Part shown: positions 58,981 through 64,000 of the stretch, in pieces
Layout of the letters: each line of letters begins with the position of its first letter
Numbering within the stretch: position 1 is the first letter of the stretch
IMG/VR virus record: IMGVR_UViG_3300027967_000093
Source of the DNA: a virus
Direction: 5' to 3' (one strand)
DNA: 64,000 nucleotides
Program-made: the position numbers and the translations under genes
Notes under the pieces: model-generated
Databases searched by the model: none
The model's input: the letters and a program-made list of their open reading frames with translations, nothing else
Told to the model about the DNA's origin: nothing

Positions 58981-59472
58981 ATGAAAGTTGGTTTAACCGC
59001 CTCTACATTTGATTTGTTACATGCAGGTCATATATCGATGTTACGTGAAGCGAAGACACAGTGTGACTACCTTATATGCGCACTTCAGATAGACCCTTCT
59101 ACAGACCGTTCAGAAAAAAACTCTCCCGTCCAGACGTTGGTTGAAAGATATACTCAACTTTCTGCGGTTAAGTATGTGGATGAGATAATCCCATACCAGA
59201 CCGAAAAAGACTTGGAGGACATCCTCAAGATGGTCGATATCGATGTGAGAATCATCGGTAGTGAATATAAAGACAAGACCTTCACCGGACGTGCAACTTG
59301 TGCGGCCCGTGGTATAGAGATATACTTTAATAGGAGAGACCATCGTTTCTCCACCAGTGACCTCCGCAAACGAGTATCCATGAAAGACCCCCTGATGGGT
59401 ATGAAAGTCACCCACGAAGAAGAGTTAAAAAAGAAAGCAGAAGATTGGTTAAGACGAGAAATACACAATTAA
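58981..59472 (+). CDS. Cytidylyltransferase (TagD/glycerol-3-phosphate cytidylyltransferase-like)
   Basis: TFDLLHAGHI (HxGH), YVDEIIPY and R...STS.L motifs. Confidence 0.88.
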   Translation: MKVGLTASTFDLLHAGHISMLREAKTQCDYLICALQIDPSTDRSEKNSPVQTLVERYTQLSAVKYVDEIIPYQTEKDLEDILKMVDIDVRIIGSEYKDKTFTGRATCAARGIEIYFNRRDHRFSTSDLRKRVSMKDPLMGMKVTHEEELKKKAEDWLRREIHN

Positions 59473-59475
59473 CCC

Positions 59476-59504
59476 TTGACATTCATACCCTTTCATAGTA
59501 TAAT
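59476..59504 (+). promoter_or_regulatory. Sigma70-type promoter TTGACA-17-TATAAT upstream of gp55
   Basis: Perfect consensus and spacing. Confidence 0.88.
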
Positions 59505-59531
59505 AGGGTAAATATAAAGTGAGAGTACCAA

Positions 59532-60116
59532 ATGAAACCAAAAGATAAACCACATTACGTCAATAATAAAGAGTTCTCGCAATCTGTGGTTGACTACTGT
59601 AAAAGTGTACAAGATGCATCCAAGTCCGGAAACGAACGACCAATCGTTACCGACTATATCGCATCTTGTTTCCTAAAGATTGCAGAGGGACTATCGCATA
59701 AAGCTAACTTTGTTAGGTACACCTACCGCGAAGAGATGGTAATGGATGCGGTTGAGAATTGTCTCAAGGCGATAGAGAACTACGATATTGACGCTGCGAC
59801 TCGTTCTGGGAATCCAAATGCATTTGCGTACTTTACACAGATATCATGGTATGCCTTCCTAAGACGTATTCAGAAAGAGAAGAAACAACAAGACATCAAA
59901 ATGAAGTATATGGCTGAAGCTGATATATCGAACTTCATTGATGATGAATTGGGAGACATTAAACAAAGTCAACCTTTTGTTGAACAATTACGTGTTCGTA
60001 TTGACACTGTCAAGGAAGCGGACACTCAGTTCAAGACCTATGTCAAAGAAGAGAAGAAAGAACGTAAGAGACGTGCGGTTAATGTCGATTCTGACCTGAG
60101 TGATTTTCTCACTTGA
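59532..60116 (+). CDS. gp55: Late-transcription sigma factor gp55
   Basis: HYVNNKEF, IAEGLS...NF..YTYREEMVMD..ENC and NAFAYFTQI...AFLRRI.KEKKQ motifs. Confidence 0.96.
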   Translation: MKPKDKPHYVNNKEFSQSVVDYCKSVQDASKSGNERPIVTDYIASCFLKIAEGLSHKANFVRYTYREEMVMDAVENCLKAIENYDIDAATRSGNPNAFAYFTQISWYAFLRRIQKEKKQQDIKMKYMAEADISNFIDDELGDIKQSQPFVEQLRVRIDTVKEADTQFKTYVKEEKKERKRRAVNVDSDLSDFLT

Positions 60117-60141
60117 CAAACTGATTTTTATCATGTATAAT
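60113..60141 (+). promoter_or_regulatory. Sigma70-type promoter TTGACA-17-TATAAT upstream of gp47
   Basis: Perfect consensus and spacing. Confidence 0.88.
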
Positions 60142-60171
60142 AGTAACATCTATTAATAAAATGAGTATATT

Positions 60172-61236
60172 ATGAAGATCGCAATACTAAACGACACACA
60201 CTGTGGATGTCGTAACTCATCTGACATTTTTATGGACTACCAAGAACGTTTCTATTCGGAAGTGTTCTTTCCTTATCTGTTAGAGAACAATATCACACAA
60301 ATCCTCCACTTGGGGGATTACTACGATAACCGTAAGACCGTCAACTTCAAAGCCTTATCTCATAACCGCAAAATCTTCTTAGAGAAGTTGCGTGAGTATG
60401 GTATTACTATGGACATCATTCCGGGCAACCACGATGTGTACTATAAGAATACCAATGAGTTGAATGCATTGAAGGAACTTCAGGGTCACTACATGAATGA
60501 GGTTAACCTTATCATGGAACCTACCGAAATGAAGTATGACGGTCTTACGGTTGCACTGGTACCTTGGATTAATTCCGAGAATGAAAAAGAGACACTTGAG
60601 TTTCTCTCTAATACAAAAGCAACTGTTGTGGGCGCACACTTAGAACTATCTGGATTCGAGATGGCTCGTGGTCAGGTCTGTAAGGATGGTATGGACAAGT
60701 CTGTATTTGATCGATTCGAGACTGTACTGACCGGACACTTCCACGCCAAATCATCACAGGGTAATATTCACTACCTTGGTGCACAGATGGAATTCTTCTG
60801 GAATGATTGTGGTGACCCTAAACACTTCCATGTCCTTGATACCAAAACAAGAGAAATAGAAGCAGTACGTAATCCTCTCACCATCTTCGAGAAGATTTAC
60901 TATGACCACGAATCTATCGGTGAATTGCAATTTAAAGATATGTCTTACTTAGATAATAAGTTCGTCAAGGTCATTGTGGTCAACAAGGGAAATGCATTAG
61001 AGTTCGAACGATTCATTGACCGAGTCCAACAACAGAAGATACATGAACTGAAGATTGCAGAGGATTTCAAAGACTTCCTCGGAGAAAATGTAGAAGATGA
61101 CAACATAAAGGTTGACGACACCCAAACTTTAGTATATAATTATATTGACAATGTGAGTACCGACTTGGATCGGGACAGAATTAAAACTGAGATAACCGCT
61201 CTTATGACGGAAGCTCAGAGTATGGAGGTCATGTAG
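60172..61236 (+). CDS. gp47: Recombination endonuclease subunit gp47 (Mre11/SbcD-like)
   Basis: DTH, GD..D, GNHD and GHFH phosphoesterase motifs. Confidence 0.95.
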   Translation: MKIAILNDTHCGCRNSSDIFMDYQERFYSEVFFPYLLENNITQILHLGDYYDNRKTVNFKALSHNRKIFLEKLREYGITMDIIPGNHDVYYKNTNELNALKELQGHYMNEVNLIMEPTEMKYDGLTVALVPWINSENEKETLEFLSNTKATVVGAHLELSGFEMARGQVCKDGMDKSVFDRFETVLTGHFHAKSSQGNIHYLGAQMEFFWNDCGDPKHFHVLDTKTREIEAVRNPLTIFEKIYYDHESIGELQFKDMSYLDNKFVKVIVVNKGNALEFERFIDRVQQQKIHELKIAEDFKDFLGENVEDDNIKVDDTQTLVYNYIDNVSTDLDRDRIKTEITALMTEAQSMEVM

Positions 61237-61461
61237 ATGGCAACTAAAAATGATATTACAGGTGATACTCTCAGAACTAAGGGTTCGAATAAAGACTATG
61301 ATGCAGGTTGGGATCGTATCTTCGGTAAGAACAAAGAACGAGTAGACACGGTTGACTCATTTTGGAGTCATACCTGTAAAATTAAAAATGTGAAGTTATC
61401 GACTAAACAGGGTCAGGCCTGTAGTTGGTGCGGATTGAAAGAGGACGGAAGTCTTGATTAA
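61237..61461 (+). CDS. Small hypothetical protein with a putative Zn-binding H.C...C..C motif
   Basis: MATKNDITGD...K.....Y..GWDRIFG, followed by HTC...CSWC. Confidence 0.65.
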   Translation: MATKNDITGDTLRTKGSNKDYDAGWDRIFGKNKERVDTVDSFWSHTCKIKNVKLSTKQGQACSWCGLKEDGSLD

Positions 61462-63175
61462 TTTTCGGAAACTCAGATACAAGAATTTTCTATCATCTGG
61501 TAATGCATTTACTAATATAGATTTTACTGAATCTCCTACTACATTGGTCGTGGGTCATAATGGTGCAGGTAAGTCTACCATGTTGGACGCACTGTCCTTT
61601 GGTCTGTTTGGTAAACCGCACCGTAAGATATCCAAACCACAGTTGGTAAACTCTATCAACGGTAAGGGTACAGTCGTAGAGGTTGAGTTCTCTATTGGTT
61701 CACAGGAATATAAGATTGTCCGTGGCATCAAACCAAACATCTTTGAGGTGTGGGTTGGGGGTAACATGGTCAACCAGAGTGCCCATGCCAAAGACTACCA
61801 ACAAATGTTAGAGAAGAATATTCTCAAATTGACCCACAAGTCTTTCCACCAGATTGTTGTTTTGGGTTCAAGTTCATTTGTACCTTTTATGCAACTATCA
61901 TCAAGTGCGAGACGTGAGGTTATCGAGGACTTACTCGACATCAATATCTTCTCTAAGATGAATGGTCTATTGAAAGAAAAGATGTCTATCCTCCGAGAGA
62001 ATATCAAGGCCAATGGTCACCAGATAGAAATCTGTAAGACCAAAATCAATGCACAGAAGAAATATCTGCGTGATTTGTCTGCGGTAAATGCACAACATCG
62101 TAAGGACAAAGAGTCTGAGATGATCTCTCTACAGAACGAGATTGCGACATTACAAGACTTCAATACTCTCCACATGGGTAGTGTGTCTATTCGTCTAGAG
62201 GATACTCAGAATAAGATTTTGTCTGTTACCGAGAAACGTAATAAGTTATTGGAATACCAGTCAACCTTCAAGACTCAGATTAAGACTGTCGTAAAGGAAG
62301 CTAAGTTCTTTGATGAGAATGAACACTGTCCTACGTGCGACCAAGGTATTGCAGAAGAACTTCGGGAACGTAAGAAGATTAATGCTACCCAGCGTGCAAA
62401 GTCTCTTAATGATGCGATGTCTAAATCTACCGAACAGATGACAGAGTTTGATACTACCTTGTCTGAACTACAGTCCGAGATGGACGAGGTTCGAAACCTA
62501 CACAACGAGGTGAATAATAACAACTCTACTATCTCTCGATTGAATAATAACATCACGCGTATCCGTACAGACATCGATAGTCTATCTGAGAACACAGGTG
62601 ACCTGAAGACAGCCAACGAAGAGTTAGAAAGTGCGTCCAAGGAGTTACACGATACTCAGGATGAGAAGTACCGACTGAACGAACAGTATTCGTATCAACA
62701 GGTGAGTGCGGAACTTCTGCGAGATACTGGTATTAAGACTAAGATTATCAAACAGTACATTCCGGTCATCAATCAGTTGACCAACCAGTACCTACAGATA
62801 CTTGACTTCTTTGTACACTTTGATCTGGACGAGAGTTTCAACGAGACTATCCGTTCACGTTTCCGTGATAACTTCTCGTATGACTCATTCTCTGAGGGTG
62901 AGAAACAACGTATCGATTTGTCCCTACTGTTCACATGGAGACAGATTGCGAAGATGAAGAACTCGGTTGCTACCAACCTATTAATCCTTGATGAAACATT
63001 TGATTCATCTTTGGATGACGATGGGGTTGACAACCTGATGAAAATACTGTATAGTTTAGGTGAAGAGACTAATGTTTTTGTTATCTCTCACAAGGCGGAA
63101 CTCGAGGATGCTCAGTTCCAACGTAGACTTGAATTCGTAAAAGAGAAAAACTTTTCGAAATTAAAGGTAGCATAG
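61454..63175 (+). CDS. gp46: Recombination ATPase subunit gp46 (Rad50/SbcC-like)
   Basis: GHNGAGKST Walker A, CPTC zinc hook, FSEGEK signature, LILDE Walker B and ISH motifs. Confidence 0.96.
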   Translation: MINFRKLRYKNFLSSGNAFTNIDFTESPTTLVVGHNGAGKSTMLDALSFGLFGKPHRKISKPQLVNSINGKGTVVEVEFSIGSQEYKIVRGIKPNIFEVWVGGNMVNQSAHAKDYQQMLEKNILKLTHKSFHQIVVLGSSSFVPFMQLSSSARREVIEDLLDINIFSKMNGLLKEKMSILRENIKANGHQIEICKTKINAQKKYLRDLSAVNAQHRKDKESEMISLQNEIATLQDFNTLHMGSVSIRLEDTQNKILSVTEKRNKLLEYQSTFKTQIKTVVKEAKFFDENEHCPTCDQGIAEELRERKKINATQRAKSLNDAMSKSTEQMTEFDTTLSELQSEMDEVRNLHNEVNNNNSTISRLNNNITRIRTDIDSLSENTGDLKTANEELESASKELHDTQDEKYRLNEQYSYQQVSAELLRDTGIKTKIIKQYIPVINQLTNQYLQILDFFVHFDLDESFNETIRSRFRDNFSYDSFSEGEKQRIDLSLLFTWRQIAKMKNSVATNLLILDETFDSSLDDDGVDNLMKILYSLGEETNVFVISHKAELEDAQFQRRLEFVKEKNFSKLKVA

Positions 63176-63178
63176 GGG

Positions 63179-63207
63179 TTGCCAAACCTGTGTAAATTGT
63201 ATATAAT
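63179..63207 (+). promoter_or_regulatory. Sigma70-type promoter TTGCCA-17-TATAAT upstream of gp45
   Basis: 5/6 match at -35, perfect -10, 17-nt spacer. Confidence 0.8.
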
Positions 63208-63243
63208 GGTCGTATCACTTAATGTTAAAAGAGAGATTTAATT

Positions 63244-63921
63244 ATGGAACTATCTGATCGCACCTTATCCGTGCTAAAAAACTTCGCAAACATCAATTCT
63301 AATATTGTGTTCCGTGAAGGCAACGAACTGAAAACCATCTCAGTTGCAAAGAACATCCTCGCCAAGGCCACCCTTGATGAGACAGTACCCCAAGAGTTTG
63401 GTATCTATGACCTAAACGAATTCCTTAGTGTGATGGGTTTGGTCGAGAATCCTACACTGAACTTCCAAGAGAAGTGTGTTACCATCTCTGACTCTACGGG
63501 TCTACGTGGTAACAAGTACTACTTCTCTGATGTAGATATGTTGTCTACTCCTAGTAAAGATGTTATCATGCCAGAGTGCGAAGTTAAATTCACACTAGAT
63601 ACTGATACATTGAGTAGGTTGAAACGTGCGTCCTCTGTCCTAGGACACGATTCGATTTCTATTACCCCAAGTGGTGGTAATGTGAAACTTACTGTTGTTG
63701 ACGGTGAAGATTCTACATCTAATAGTTTCTTCTCATATGTTGACGGGGAGTTCGAAGAGGGTGCGGACTTTAATTTCATCCTAAATGTTAATAACCTAAA
63801 GATTGTTAATGAGGACTTTGAGGTTGGTATCTCTAAGAAACTTATCTCAAACTTCAAATCAAAACAATCACCAATCGAGTACTTTATCGCACTTGAAAAA
63901 TCATCAACCTACGGAGCATAA
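63244..63921 (+). CDS. gp45: DNA polymerase sliding clamp gp45
   Basis: M.LS..TL.VLKNFA.IN..I, FGIYDLNEFL and C-terminal Y.IALE motifs. Confidence 0.95.
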   Translation: MELSDRTLSVLKNFANINSNIVFREGNELKTISVAKNILAKATLDETVPQEFGIYDLNEFLSVMGLVENPTLNFQEKCVTISDSTGLRGNKYYFSDVDMLSTPSKDVIMPECEVKFTLDTDTLSRLKRASSVLGHDSISITPSGGNVKLTVVDGEDSTSNSFFSYVDGEFEEGADFNFILNVNNLKIVNEDFEVGISKKLISNFKSKQSPIEYFIALEKSSTYGA

Positions 63922-64000
63922 ATGATGAGTAAAGAAGAGAAACAAGCAGTAGACGAACGTGTCGCAGTATTGACAGACTTGACTAACCGTGTATCGCGTT
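63922..64000 (+). CDS. Partial ORF running off the right edge (MMSKEEKQAVDERVAVL...)
   Basis: ATG immediately after the gp45 stop, with a GGAG RBS. Confidence 0.55.
   Translation, partial: MMSKEEKQAVDERVAVLTDLTNRVSR

Noticed and set aside
1-64000. tRNA, rRNA, introns, inteins, homing endonucleases, transposases
   Set aside because: Intergenic gaps are short and explained by promoters or terminators. Terminase, portal, gp23, UvsW and gp46 are of normal length with no recognisable insertions.

Overview
This 64-kb window is part of a T4-like myovirus genome. The gene repertoire resembles marine T4-like phages, but the host cannot be determined from the window. It carries the morphogenesis module: gp26/gp51-like, gp54-like, gp2, gp4, gp48, gp53, hub, a split gp5, gp25, gp6, gp7, gp9/10-like, gp8, a VrlC-like protein, several fibres, gp13-gp23 and gp3. 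After that come uvsY, uvsW, gp55, gp47, gp46 and gp45, with TATAAATA late promoters and sigma70-type promoters. Scattered accessory enzymes are a sulfotransferase, a glycosyltransferase, two 2OG-Fe(II)-type oxygenases and a cytidylyltransferase. The main discovery is two paralogous giant repeat proteins (26628-29495 and 29540-34387) whose N- and C-terminal arms are complementary at the protein level. Read antiparallel and without gaps, 64 and 121 tetrapeptides pair by fixed rules: xRxS with xFxG, xSxR with x[YF]xG, and x[YF]xR with x[YF]xR. This suggests very long self-registering beta-hairpin fibres, with RNA-like branches near the tip. Other signals are a T-TTT-TTA -1 frameshift joining gp26 to gp51 (lambda G/GT-like), a strong D-S-[A/D] motif enrichment in virion proteins, an in-frame TAG inside gp14, apparently inactivated cell-wall hydrolase domains in the baseplate, and an orphan antisense sigma70 promoter. 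All annotations and counts were made by eye; no database searches were run.
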